Notes under the pieces: generated by a model | What the model was told of the DNA's origin: nothing | The model's database searches: none | The model's input: the letters and a program-made list of their open reading frames with translations, nothing else | Shown here: piece after piece, positions 25,986 through 39,326 of the stretch | How positions within the stretch are numbered: position 1 is the stretch's first letter | Layout: each line of letters begins with the position of its first letter | Assembly: GCA_021613535.1 (NCBI GenBank) | Contig: CP075494.1 | Location: 5,270,001-5,334,000 of the forward strand | Length of the DNA stretch: 64,000 bases | Source: Adineta vaga | Taxonomy: Eukaryota; Animalia; Rotifera | Reading direction: 5' to 3' | Made by a program: the position numbers and the translations under genes

Positions 25986-28900
25986 TTATGCATATGAATT
26001 ATTTACTGAAATCTCGTCAGTATCATTCAGTTTTGATCCAAAACCAAAATATTTCAAGATTTCTTCTTTGACATGATTTAAACTCAGATCAATTGTTGTA
26101 AGTATCTATTTCGAATGGAACAAAAATCGATGAGAACAATGTTGATGAGAGCAAAATTCCATCTTACATGATTTAATTCTACTGCATTGTTGAGTTGTTG
26201 TACACCTTCAATTCCAATTTGATTTCGAGAAAGATCGAGTGTTATTAATGTCTATTATAATGAAAGAAATCTTCATTTATTTATAACCAAGGAAAAGAAT
26301 AGATTTCTTACGCGATTTAGTTTTAAAGCTTCAGCTAGATATTTCGCACCTGAATTACCAATTTGATTTCGAGAGAGACTAATTGTTGTTAAAGTCTACA
26401 TGAGAGTATGAAATAAAAGAAGAAAGAAAGAAAGAAAAAGATGATATTATACTTTGTTTGACTTTAATCCAGTACTGATATGTAGAATACCCTCATCTCC
26501 AATGGTATTTTCCGAAAGATTCAGAGTAGTAAGTGTCTAAATGAAAAATCGAAGGATTGATTTAAATGAAAGATGAGAATAGATCGAATTTACTTTATTT
26601 GATTTTAATAAAGCATTCAAATATTGTGCTGCTCGATTTCCAATTTGATTCCAAGAGAGATCGATTGTTGTTAACGACTATAATCAATATTAATCCACAA
26701 TAATTGAAAAATTTTCTTTATATTCTGTTTTGTCTTACTTTATTTCGTTGTAATGAATCGCTTAGAAATTTTAAGCTTCGATCTTCCATTGGATTTCCTG
26801 AAAGATTAAGCGTAGTCAATGTCTATATAAATGAATAAATCAGTTTTGTTTTCGAAGAAATCAAAGAATTGATCATTATTCTTACCTCGTTATATTTTAA
26901 TGTTAAACCCATATGACGCGCTACATCATCGCGAAAAGTATTTCCAGCGAGATTAAGTGATTGAAGTGTCTATGTGATCAAAAAGTAAATATATGAAATA
27001 GGAAAAAAGATGAGTTTTACATTATTTATTTGTAATGAAGAACTTATTCGTTGTCCACCTTCATTATCAATTTTATTCCACGACAGATCAAGTACACAGA
27101 GTTTCTAAGCGATAATTTTCGTATATGAAATGATAAAAAGATAAAAGAAGTCTATACCTTATTTAATTGTAATGCAATACTCAAATATCGTGCTCCTTCA
27201 TCGCCAATTTCATTCCATGATAGATTGAGAATAGTCAATGTCTACAATAAAATGTATTTATTCACACATATGTAGATTGAAAAAAGATGCTTCGCTCACT
27301 TTATTAAATTGTAATGCATTACTTAAATATTGTGCTCCAACATATGAGATCTTATTTCGATGAAGATAGAGTGTAGTCAAAGCCTAACATCATCTTTCTT
27401 TTGGATACAAAGGATAAGGATCGTTTTCCTACCTTGTTACTTTGTAATGCTGTACTTAAATACTGTGCTCCTTGATTTCCAATTTGATTCCAAGAAAGAT
27501 CAAGTGTAGTCAATGTCTATATATTCAACAGTAGTTGAATATTCTCTATCAAAACTAAATCATTGTCCTACTTTGTTTCTTGGTAGTACAATACCGAATT
27601 GATATGCTCCTTCATCTCCAAGTGGATTTCCAGATAAATTCAATGAAGTAAGTGTCTATGAAGACAGATAGCTAGGAGTTTAATAAATATTAAATTAAAT
27701 AATAACTCATACTCGATTTGATTGTAATGCAGCACTAATATAATGTGCTCCATCGTCACCAATTGTATTTCCAGAAAGATTGAGGACAGCTAAAGCCTAT
27801 AAGCACGATGCAGTCTTATAATAAACATGTTAATTGAAAGATATTTTTTGTCTAACTTGATTTGATCGTAGTGTAGTACTAAGAATTCGTGCTCCTTGAT
27901 CTCCAATTTGATTCCAACCAAGATCTAATGTTTTCAAAGTCTATATCTCAGAAAGAGTAATAATTGCAAAGATATTCAATCTATCTTATCGTTACATTAT
28001 TTGATTCCAATCCTTTTGTTAGATATTGCGTTCCTTTGTCTCGAATTCGATTTCCAGAAAGATTAAGAACGGTAAGTGTCTAGAATAAAAAAGAGTAATA
28101 ATCTTCAATTAATAATATGTAAAATGAATATGTGTTCTTACTCTATTTGAATCTAGTACATTACTTAAATATTGTGCTCCTTTCAGTGCAATCTTATTTT
28201 GAAGAAGGTTCAGATTGGTCAGCTTCTACAATAGAAGAAAAAGGTTAATACGCGAAAAAAACAAGTCATTTTTAATTTACTGTGTTCGATTGTAATGCAT
28301 CACTCAAATATCGAATACCATCAGCGGCTATGTTATTCTGATGAAGATCGAGTGAACTAATATTCTATTCAATATCATATAGAAAATATCGATATTTAAA
28401 GAATATATTACTAGATTGGATTTTAAAACATCACTCAATTGTTGTGCTCCTTCGTTTCCAATTTTCTTTCGAGATAAATTCAGTGCTGTAGGTATCTAAA
28501 TGAAAGCACATGAAACGTGTTTTTTTTTTACACTAAAAATCGGGATCAGCAATTGACTAACATTGCAGTTCTTCATCAGATGATGAATCATTATCTCTGT
28601 TTCTTGGCGACTTAGACACTGTGCCGAAAGATTCGTTTGATTGGTATTTCTTTTCTGTTGTTGTTGTTGTGAAGTAGAAGGACATGGTTGTAATGATTCT
28701 GAACATATTGATTCTGTATCTAAAGAAATAATGATGAAAAAGGAACAGAATGTAAGTCGTTTTACTCAATCTATTTAACTTCTATCTGAATATTATATTT
28801 GTACACCCTCAAGAACTAACCTTCATCGTCGATGTCACTGTCATTTTCAACATTCGATGAAAAATCATTCGAACTAAATAAAAAGAAAATAAAAATTAAC

Positions 28901-30040
28901 TTCTTCAAGATATTTCCAACTACTTCTGTTTTGTTACAATGGGTGATTTTGTAGAAGATACATCATTCTGAAAAGAAAGAAATCGATAAAATTAATTAGT
29001 GGAATAAAACATCATTAAACCTGTTGAATACTATTATTTCTAGACTGATCTAAAGCATCGAAGACAATTTCACTTGTACTGTTGATCATCATTGAACTAT
29101 CTTCCAATATTGAAATATCCTAAGTAATGTATAAGAACGTATGATATATGAAAAACTAGACGAGTGTCTTATCATTTTATACTTCTTGTGGTAATTTGAT
29201 TTTTTTACTTTGATGAGTATGCTCATGATTTGTAATTCTCGTTGACTTTTCAATAGTATCTAAATTCCATCAGAAACACTTAAATTCAATAACTATGACT
29301 TCATAACCAATTACTTTCTTCTTGAATACGTTTTTGTGAAGGTCTGTTGTTTTCTTCTACTACATTATTGTGTGATATTTTTTCAATCGATTGAGAATCA
29401 TTAATTATCAAATTTCGTAAAGTTAACCGAGGTGTAATCAAATCAAAATTCGAATCTGCAATATCGGTTAGAGTAATCATTGCTTGACTATTTAGTAAAT
29501 TACAAAGTTTTTGGATACGAACAAATTCATTTCTTGCTTTATTTAATACAATTCCATCAATTTCATGTGAATGTAATTGTGTATTGAATACAGAGATCAC
29601 ACTGGTTTCCATTTGTTTGATTAATGATGTTTTCCATTCATCTTTTTGTGTTTCAACATGATTATGAAGTTCATGAAGTTGTATTTGAAATTCTTTATAC
29701 TTTTGTTTCATTTTATGAAGAATTAGTTTAATCCAATCTTGACATTGTTCAATACAATTCGTTCGGCCACTTTCGATATTTAATAAGGGTATTTCTGCCA
29801 TTAATTCCTAAAAAAAGAAAAAGAAACATTGATTGTACTTAATGGCAAATCTTGTCTATTCTATCTAACGTGTGCTTCATCCAGTAGATAGTTAATTTCT
29901 TCTCTTAGATCTTCTTGATGTTCTAATCCATGTTCAAGACAATAGACAGTTGAGCAATGAGAACATTTGTATATTGCTGACATTTCACATACAATACTAT
30001 CGATTGCAGATAATTGATATTGACATTTATTACTGTTCAT
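25986..30040 (-). CDS. B-box-like/coiled-coil/LRR family member 2 with 17 single-exon 28-aa LRRs and a terminal LRR exon
   Basis: Starts MNSNKCQY..CEMSAIYKCSHCSTVYCLEHGLEH; coiled coil in ORF 29301-29801; N-cap exon 28719-28562. The 84-nt AG/GT-bounded exons are 28412-28495, 28281-28364, 28142-28225, 27996-28079, 27857-27940, 27713-27796, 27572-27655, 27433-27516, 27300-27383, 27158-27241, 27021-27104, 26886-26969, 26739-26822, 26594-26677, 26453-26536, 26312-26395 and 26168-26251, all stop-free. Terminal exon 26105-25986. The small linker exons were not individually verified. Confidence 0.9.
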
Positions 30041-30515
30041 TTTTCGATCGTATAAACCTATAATTGTATTATGATAGATCTAAAATACAAATCATAGTTT
30101 TAATTGAAATCGGATTTTTCGTATATATCAATACGGAACTGTATATAATTCTGCTTGTAACTACTAACCTTCACATTTATACATAAATCCTACCGTTATA
30201 ACAATGTCCTCGTATGGGTGCACTTTTTTTCTCTTTCTTTCTTTTTTTGAGCAAAACACATAATGCGAGACAATGATACACGTGAGTAGACGAACGTATA
30301 GAAGCATCTTTTTGTTTCTTTATTTACTATACTCATTTATTTGACAATAGAATCATATGATCGTTGATAATTTAAAAGAACTCGAATCATCCCCAAGATG
30401 TGGGAAATGAGAAAAAGAAATAAATAAATAGAAAGCAGCATCAATTAGTTCGTTTTATTTTTCATTTATATAAATGGCTATTAACGCTTTTATAGTTTTA
30501 GACATATTCATATGT

Positions 30516-32033
30516 TTATGGTTGATACAATTCGCAGCTATTTAATACCATACCACTCGTATTTTGTCCGCCACATACGAGTACTTGTCCCGTATTGGTA
30601 AGTAACGTCGTACTATGATCAGCACGATCTGAAGACATATTGCCTGTCGGGATGAATATTTCCGATATTGGTTCGTAGAGTTCACATGATGATAATCTTC
30701 TATTGTCTTGTCCACCGATTATTAATACTTGCTCATTACGGAGAAGAACAGCACTGTGGTATGCTCGTGCATTTAAAGTACTACCGTTTAAAACAGTAAA
30801 ATTAAATGTTGTCACATTAAATAAATCGTATGTTTGTAATGCACCTGTTGATGATAGACCACCAACAAACAGGACAGCTTGTTTCGATGGAATAAAAGTT
30901 GCAGTATGATGTGCACGACCAATTGACATACGCATAGGCAGAGATACGAATAAGTTTGAAGTACTATTATATAATTCAAGGCTATCAAGAAATATCGAAT
31001 TGTTATTAATTCCACCAGCTAAAAGTACATAACCGTTATCTATAACTGTAGCTGTATGAAAGCTGCGCGTTGATATCATATTATTGCCAACTGGAATGAA
31101 TATACCAGTTGTTGTGTTAAAGATATCTCCAGAAGCAAGTACTCCACTCTCATCCTTACCACCAACCAGTAAAACATGCGCTGATATATTTTTATTATCA
31201 TTGAAAACGGCGGACGCAGGACTAGCACGAGCTACTGTAGGATTAATTGTTTTGTTGGAGACTCCTGCTACTGAATCATAGAGCTCTGCAGTTCGAAGCG
31301 AAGACCATCCACCAACAAGTAACACCAGATGACTATCGATAGACTCGGCTATATGGAATTGTCTTCTCTGCGATGTATCTCCTCGTCGAATGAATGAACG
31401 ATTCGATAAATGAAATATTTCAGTTGATGGTAGATCACTGGAACCATCATTACCACCTATTATTAAAACTGCATTCGTCGCAGCAATGAACGTACTTGTA
31501 TGAAAACTGCGTACTGACGTCATATTGCCAACATAATACCACATTCCAGAGTGTACTATAGATAGAAGTCGTCATAGGAAATGATATACTTTCAAAATAA
31601 AGATACGTATTTATACATACATGGTGTAGTGCTCATTATTGTTGAAGTTGCAATAGAAGAACAAAGATTATCAGGTACTAAACGAAACAATAGTTTTGTT
31701 TCATGTTCTAAAAAAATTGATAGACATACCATGGTTTTTTCGATGACAAATAACACTTGCTCGAATATTTCCTGATGATTGTATACTATTTGTTTGACAT
31801 AATTCAGTAAATAACGAGCAAATATTATCATCTTTGAAATAGACAGCTGTTTGACAATTTTTTTCATATACACATTCCCATATACAAGATTGAATCGAAA
31901 TATTACTTGACCATGTTACATTGCGAAGAAAATTACAAGAAGAAATAGGCTGATAGATAGCTGATCGATGAATTACAGTTATTATTAGAGTATCAATCAT
32001 CAGAAGAAAAAGCGAAATCAATAAGGCATACAT
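30516..32033 (-). CDS. Secreted PAN/Apple domain plus Kelch (galactose-oxidase-type) beta-propeller protein, 3 exons
   Basis: Signal peptide and CIWEC..EKNCQTAVYF..NIC.LF (PAN/Apple). Introns are 31729-31678 and 31620-31556. About 7 repeats of R..H.AT.L..G.VL..GG....L.S.ELY.P follow. Confidence 0.82.
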
Positions 32034-32289
32034 AGTCGTTGATACTAGAAGAATTGCAACATACTTTGCTGCACTTTAAAGATAAACTAATAAGATACGT
32101 CATTTTTTGGGAAAAAAATATGTTGAAATTCTCAGTTTTTTTAGCGTATTTGCATTTCATCGGAAAGCATTAAATAAACTGAAATATAAACATAAAATTT
32201 TATTAGCGTATTTGTTTTTCTTATTATGTGAAATACTTCAATTAATTTTTAAAACAATGATCGTAGTCTATTTTGCTGATAAGAGAAAT

Positions 32290-33170
32290 TTACTTTTTTG
32301 TAAAAAGACATATTTTATCACTGATTTCAAAAGAATAAAGATATTGTCCAAGAGTACTGTTTTTATACGTGGGCGATTTTGATTGAGTATCATCTATTAA
32401 TCGTTTGAGAAATTCGACTAATGTCGATGATTTTAAATAACCACCATCGTATTCAGTCAAATAACTTGTGTAAATATCTTCTATGGCATAAATACCACTC
32501 GATCGAAGTGCAGTAGGAAAAAGAATCGTAAGACTATTAATTTGTTGTATCATTCGATGTCCACCATCATCAATTATAACATCAAAAGTATTACGAAAAT
32601 CATTAGCAAATGATCGAAGAAATGTTTCATCTTCTTGAGAACCATAGTGCATGGTTATATTCAACTAAATATGTGATGAAAAAACAGTTCTTACGAAATG
32701 AAAGAAGAAAAAAAATAGGATGTGTTGTTACGTACTTGTTGACCACGTTGTTTCAACCATTTTTCACCACATTCTTTATCATATTCAAGGAAATGAATGT
32801 CAGCTGTGGAACCGAAATATTCTCGCCACATAGCTGCTGAAACTCCAACACCCCATGACATTCCACATCCAAGACCGATTTCAAGAAGACGAAAATTCGT
32901 ATTTCGATATTTATTTAAATAATGTTCATAGAAACGAGTATATTGATGAACACGTCCTTTACTAGTATGATATTTTTTATCTAGTTGGGTCAATGAAAAT
33001 TCACTTTTAGTCTTCGTTAATGTGGGTAAATTGTTGTACAATGGTGTGTTCGAACACGATGGTGGTTCACGTAACTCTCTCGAGAGTAATAAGGAGAGAA
33101 TGATTAATTGAAGAAGTACAATAAAAAGATAATTGTGACAATATCTTTGTAATCGTTGGAATATATTCAT
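32290..33170 (-). CDS. Membrane-anchored class I SAM-dependent methyltransferase (MycE/TylE-like sugar O-methyltransferase type), 2 exons; HGT candidate
   Basis: N-terminal TM helix, then HQYTRFYE, RLLEIGLG, MWREYF, QED..FL, FDVIIDDGGH...QQI and GIYAIED. Intron 32735-32665. Confidence 0.75.
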
Positions 33171-35300
33171 ATTTGGATTCTTCTTCTGCGCCTGTGAATC
33201 TTTTCTTATATGAAAAAGAAATTGTTTTTAATTAACGTATAATAGAATATAATTATGAAATAATGCGCTTAGGAATACAAGTTCATCAATTTTCTTACCT
33301 ATTCAATGTAATTGTAGGAAGAACGAGGTATTCTGATAATGTCTTATTAAAAAATAGAATTCAACAAACGGTTTTATTACGTTCTATTCTTCTTGATAAT
33401 TCACTCTGAGAAATTCAATATGAAGTCAAGACGAATTTCAAGGATTTCTCTTTGAGTATATATGTATATATTGACCTTACCTGTAATAGCACGTACTTCA
33501 TTACTTAACGACGATGAAATGGTGAAATATATATATACCGGGAAATGAGAATGAATATCTAAATCATACTTCTAGTATTAAAACTATTATAACAGTGCTA
33601 CACTGCCGACAAAAATTGGAACTCTTTCTTTTTTTTCAATATATATCGCTATTAGATGTGTTGTTTTATTCGATATACTGGAAAGATAAAGATTATCTTT
33701 AAGAATACTTGTATAGAGTATAAAGGTAAAGCAACACATCCAATCACTACCAGCGCTAGTGGAGACGTGAGCAAATAGCGTGTGAATGCTTCTATAAATT
33801 TTATTTTACTTACCTAATAAATTACCCATTAACTGAAGAAATATTTAGAAAAACTATTTATTCAAATGTAAAAAAAATGACTAATTATATTTCTACTTAA
33901 CGATAACTAGTTCAAATTTAGAGCGATAACAAATGAGTTTTATTATTACTATCTGTATGAGTTACGATGAATACTGATAACAGAAATCCAAGAACGATAG
34001 TGTCGAAAGGAAAAGAGAATACCTTGTCTAGACGGAGAAGATAACATGATCTTGACAGATATTTTTCGATGATTGACAATAATAGGAATAAAATCTAATC
34101 TTTCTTTTTCTTATAGAAAAATAATTTTTAATTCTAATTACAGTTTATAATACAATTATACGCTTTGGTTCTAATTCAAGTCTATGATAGTGATTAGGAG
34201 AAATGACGTGTTGATATTGACATTACTTCCTTTTTTCTTCTTCAAATAAATAAAGTACCGATGAAAAGAGAAGAATTAACTCATTGACATCTGATGTTAA
34301 TAACATGAATAAAAACTAAGAGCGTAGTTTTATAATTTCTATTCTCTTGGTCCTTGACAAAGATTTATAATCTTTCTCAAACAAAAGAACGAAAAAATGC
34401 TTGTTATATATATTTTAGCTCAATTTAACAACAAAGAACACCATAGAAAAGTGATTTCACATTTCGAATACAAAGATGTAGAACATAAGATCGACAAGAC
34501 TTACAGTTCTGGATAGTTTATTAAATTCAAAATCTGTTACGAAGTTTTCAATGTATGACGTGATCAATATGACTGCGTATATATTTTTTATATTGTAGAG
34601 AATAATCATAAAACTATTCACAATTGTACTTGAGGTTATTTCATGCAAGCAATGACAACAAATTTCATTAATGAGCGCAAATACTTCTTTCTTCGGAATT
34701 TTTCTCAGGCTTCCCAAATCAAAATTTTATGTCGACAGTTGTTATTATATCTACACTTATATTTTATAAAAAGTTTTTTTTTAATTATATAAAAGAAAAC
34801 TCTGTCGCGTCTATGAATACTGCTAAGTACTATAAAAATATAAGCAAAGTATCATGAAACAACCAAGTGTAACGCATGTGAAATAACCGAGACCAATGCA
34901 ACGAGTAATTTCTGATTCTGTCAAAGTGAGAAGAGTTAGCGCACGCGGTACAAGCCAACTTCAAGTAGGCGTAGCTTGATTATTATGAGTGTTAGATGTG
35001 ATATCTCTCTGTTCAGTCACAAAATGTTGCAAAAAACACTTTTTTGTAATAATATAACAAGATCATCGTTTCAGGCGAGTTTTATCTGAAAGAATCAACT
35101 GGATTTTATTTATTTCAGTTAAATAGCATACGATCGATTTAATGCAACAGTCAAAATCCTCGATCTAGAGATCAGTTGCATGGACTGCCGGATTTATTGG
35201 TAGATATATTTGAACAACGAGACAAAAAGCGAGAAAAATCGTCTAATCATCGGAGGTAAAGCTGTTGTCTGTCGATATTTCCCTTTTGTTGTAAGATATA

Positions 35301-35750
35301 TTTGGTACTTCGACGACTATTACAACTAGAATTACAACAACAACAATAATAAGCCAAACAGATACCACAACCAGTCTGACGATTATAACTACAAGTGCAA
35401 CAATTTCTATAACTAAAACGACAAGTACATCGTCAACGTTTTTTGATATTTGTGATTTATATAAATAACATTTATCAGAAGTTAGTTATTGCTCTGCATT
35501 TCAGAACTAGAAATGGCCTGCTAGTGCAAGTAGTGTTAGTTCAGTTGCAGATCAATTAGATTATCGATTAGATCTTACCTTTGACAAAAACGGAGCTATG
35601 TATGTATCGGATACAAAGAACTGTCGTGTATGGAAAAATCTACCTCCTTCAACCGTTGGAGCTACTGTTGTTGGAAGTGGTGAATGTGGACGAGAAATCT
35701 AATAATCCCATGATAATGGAACTCTCTATATCTTACAAATATTTACGCAT
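35301..35750 (+). pseudogene. Relic of a Thr-rich stalk plus NHL-repeat gene
   Basis: GTSTTITTRITTTT... is followed, after an AG at ~35504, by QLDYRLDLTFDKNGAMYVSDTKNCRVWK...GATVVG (NHL consensus), which ends in a stop at ~35700. Confidence 0.55.
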
Positions 35751-35930
35751 ATAATTTTTTTTTCTTCTTTTTATTTCATTTAACGAATGTCAGTGTTCTG
35801 AGAGTTTTTAAATATTTTTATTATCATAAATATCAGACATGTATATTTCAATATTCAAAATCATATTAAATAATTTGAAGACATAGTAGACATTCATTTT
35901 GATGTCACCTTTGTATTATTTGTTCGTTTT

Positions 35931-38132
35931 TTATATTCTAGACTTCAGTACAGTCGCTAGTTTTTCCAATGTTTTCTTCGGCACTTCATTCCAAGTAAGA
36001 TTAATTGTTTCAAGTGTCTGATAAGTAAAGATGATGAAACAGAAAGAAAACAGAGTCAATTGTATATCTACTTTATTTGTTTTCAATACATTAATCAAAT
36101 TCTGTGCACCTTCTTCATCGATTTCATTATGTGATAGTTCTAGTATAATAAGTGTCTAAAAAAGAAAAATCTACCTACTGTGAAACGAAGAATTTGACTC
36201 ACGTTATTCGAACGTAATGCAAGACTTAAATAATGTGCTCCAGAATAACTAATTCTATTTCAAGAAAGGTTTAAAGCCGTAAGAATCTACAAAAAAAGAT
36301 ACGACTCGTTAAATCAAAAGATAAAACATGATTTGTACTTACTTTACTATTATTTAATAGATGACAAGCAACAATTTCCATATCTTGACAAGTTAAATTT
36401 CTCAATTTCAAATTTAATTCAATCTCATTCTTTTGACTTGCTATTGTTTGTTTAAGATCAACGTTATCATAGTCAGATATTACCGGTACTGATTGTGCTT
36501 TTGAAAAACCTAGAGGATTAGTAAGAAAAGATGGTTATGAAAGAAATCATTTGAATTATGAACTTGAAAAATTAGAACCTTCCTCTTCTACAGTACTGCT
36601 AATCGCATCACTAAATTGAAAAGAAATAAATTCGTCATTCATAGAAATGTTTGTGACTTATTACTTTTGCATATTGTTGAGAATTGAACGATTTAGATAT
36701 TGATTATTCTTTATGGATAAGAAAATTAGATACAAATATTTCATCGAATGAATTTAAAGAAAAACTTCACACCTGTAGATCCTCTGTATTAGAAGAGATG
36801 CCATCGATCATTATTGCATTAATTTGTTCGTGATTAAATTTTTCCAATTTGATAAGTGGATTAATTATATCATTGCTTGTTGGCATTGTGAGAAAGATAA
36901 TGTCAGAATCTATTGCATAGATACATATCATTTGAAATGAATATCGATTGCTTCACATATACTTACCATCATTTCTGGTACTAATTGCAGTGTGAATTTG
37001 CTTCCATTGATTTGTATCTTTTGATAAAGTATCTGCAGACAATTCATCGATCCAATCGAAATCATTGAAATTTATACTTGGAAAATATAAATGTGGTATA
37101 TTCACATCGATTTTATTGTCTTCAATATTAGTAACAGTAATAAGTGCTTGATTCATTTCTATACGATTAATCTTATATTTTTCTAATTGAGCTTTTAATA
37201 CACATTGTACTTTTGTTTCTAATCGTTTAATTAATGATCTTTTCCATTGCTCTTTCTTTGTTTCTATATGTTTATGATACTGATTCAATTGCAATTGATA
37301 TTCTTTATATTTTTCTTTGATTTTCGCAAGAATCATTTCCATCCAATATTTAAATTGTTCAATACAATTCTTTCGGCCACTTTCGATATTTATTGATGGT
37401 ATTTCTTCGATTAATACCTAAATTACATATCTAAGCAGTTAAAACATCTATAAATATATATCAAAATGACAACAAACCTGAGATTCATCCAAAAGATAAT
37501 TAATTTCTTCTTCGAGATCTTGTTGAAATTCATTTTGATTTTCTTCGATGATAAAGCATTGATATTTATTTGTATTTACATATTTCTGAGTTGTCGGTTC
37601 AACTAAAAATACTGCAATTTGTAATGAATAGTATCAATTATTTGATTTGATTACCTGCTGATGAATAAGTAGTAAACCGATTCTTTTCGTCCGATGAAAA
37701 CAAATTTCTTTGAATGTATTGTTTTGGATTAGCTGCTTTTCTTCGTAAGCACATACTTGATCTCGTATTTTGACTTATATCAGTATGCATCGTATTTGCT
37801 GGGCATATAGAATCTGATTCTTTGATATTTGTAGCATTTTGTAATTCCTTGTAATGTTTGCATAGATTTTTCACTCGAGGACGTTTGAAGCAATCTTTAT
37901 AAATACAGTTTCGTTTTTTACGTTGCGTATAAGTTTTTTTTTTATCAGTAGCTGTAGGATGCTTCGTGGATAGCACCATATTTTGTATAACTGTTGCATG
38001 TCGACAGCAAACACCTCCCGATTGAGATTGTTTTGTACAATTCGAAATTTGACAAATACGAACACGTTTTCTCTTTTTACGAGCATGTAACGACATTTCA
38101 CTGTCTATAATCTCACTTGATTCGTGTGACAT
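35931..38132 (-). pseudogene. ZnF/coiled-coil/LRR family member 3, degenerate
   Basis: Two CCCH-type fingers in ORF 37638-38132. The B-box Cys/His residues are deleted in exon 37602-37478, and the coiled coil has an 18-aa deletion. LRR exons are 36203-36286 (in-frame TGA at 36260-36262) and 36072-36155, with terminal exon 36017-35931. Confidence 0.78.
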
Positions 38133-39326
38133 CGTTCTAACAGATATTACTTATCCGATACAACCTTGATATTTATTTAATAATATATTAATATGATACT
38201 TGCGTTACTGTATCGGTTCACATTTGTTTTGTTTCCTTCATAACAATACAATATACCTATACATATGCACGTGGATGCGTACTAAATTATCTTTCTATCA
38301 ATATTATGAGTGTGTCCTTCTACTACTATCATAAATGTTATGTCCAACAAAAAATGGATGATAATTGACATATGTATTTGAATTTTTTTAACTTTCTGCT
38401 GATTATTATACATACAGTCTAACTCATATAGATTGTGAACATCACTGTTCATCATTTTCTTTTGACTGAGAGAGATACACAATAGTATTAAAATATATTA
38501 GTATGTAAGAGGACACCAAAATCATTGTAGAGATTGGTCTACAAATTTTATTACGAAATTTATTTAGATTCGAACACGTGATTACTTTACGCATGATTTT
38601 TGTTATAGGTCTTTTACGCATCAACATATCCACTGTTTCTAGTGTGAGAGATTATAATCGTATAAATTCAGATGCTAACTTCAAACTTTTCCTGAGAATT
38701 AACTATGTTACATCTTTTGCCAACTTTAAAGTTGATATAAAAATAATTGTTCTAAAGACAATTGCGATGTGGCGACGATACATTGTCAATATTTTGGTGT
38801 AAGCGTTAAGTGCGTTATTGCATATTCACGATTTCCGACAATCACATATACTGCGATATACCAAACTCCGCGTGAACCTGTCGGACATATTAATCAACGT
38901 CAGTTGATTGAAAATAAAAATGAACTTAGAACTGAAGTGTGCTTTCGTATTTTCTTATTTAATCAAATCTTGAATAGCTCTATCATTCTACTACAAATTT
39001 CACTATCATTTGTTGTTGATCACTATTATCGTTCAACTCTCAACACGTTACTATATTGTTCAGACTGTGTCGCACGTATTCATATGCGTACTAGATTTTA
39101 TCAAAGACAAGCAGTTTCATCCATAGATTATCATACTTTCTGTTCTACAAGATATTAGTGTATAATTCAGGCATTTACAAATTTGCCTAAAATAAGGAGT
39201 CCATTAGCTAAATTTTTATGCAGAAATCAATCGATAACATCACAACGGTAAGTCATTTTTATGAAACAAAATCTGAAGCTAGTAGCATATCTAAAAGCAT
39301 AGTCTAGATCGTAAAAAGGGCCACCC

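Noticed and set aside
36260-36262. UGA recoding (Trp or Sec) or an alternative genetic code
   Set aside because: Other genes use TGG for Trp and TGA as a terminator, and this paralogue carries other lesions consistent with decay.
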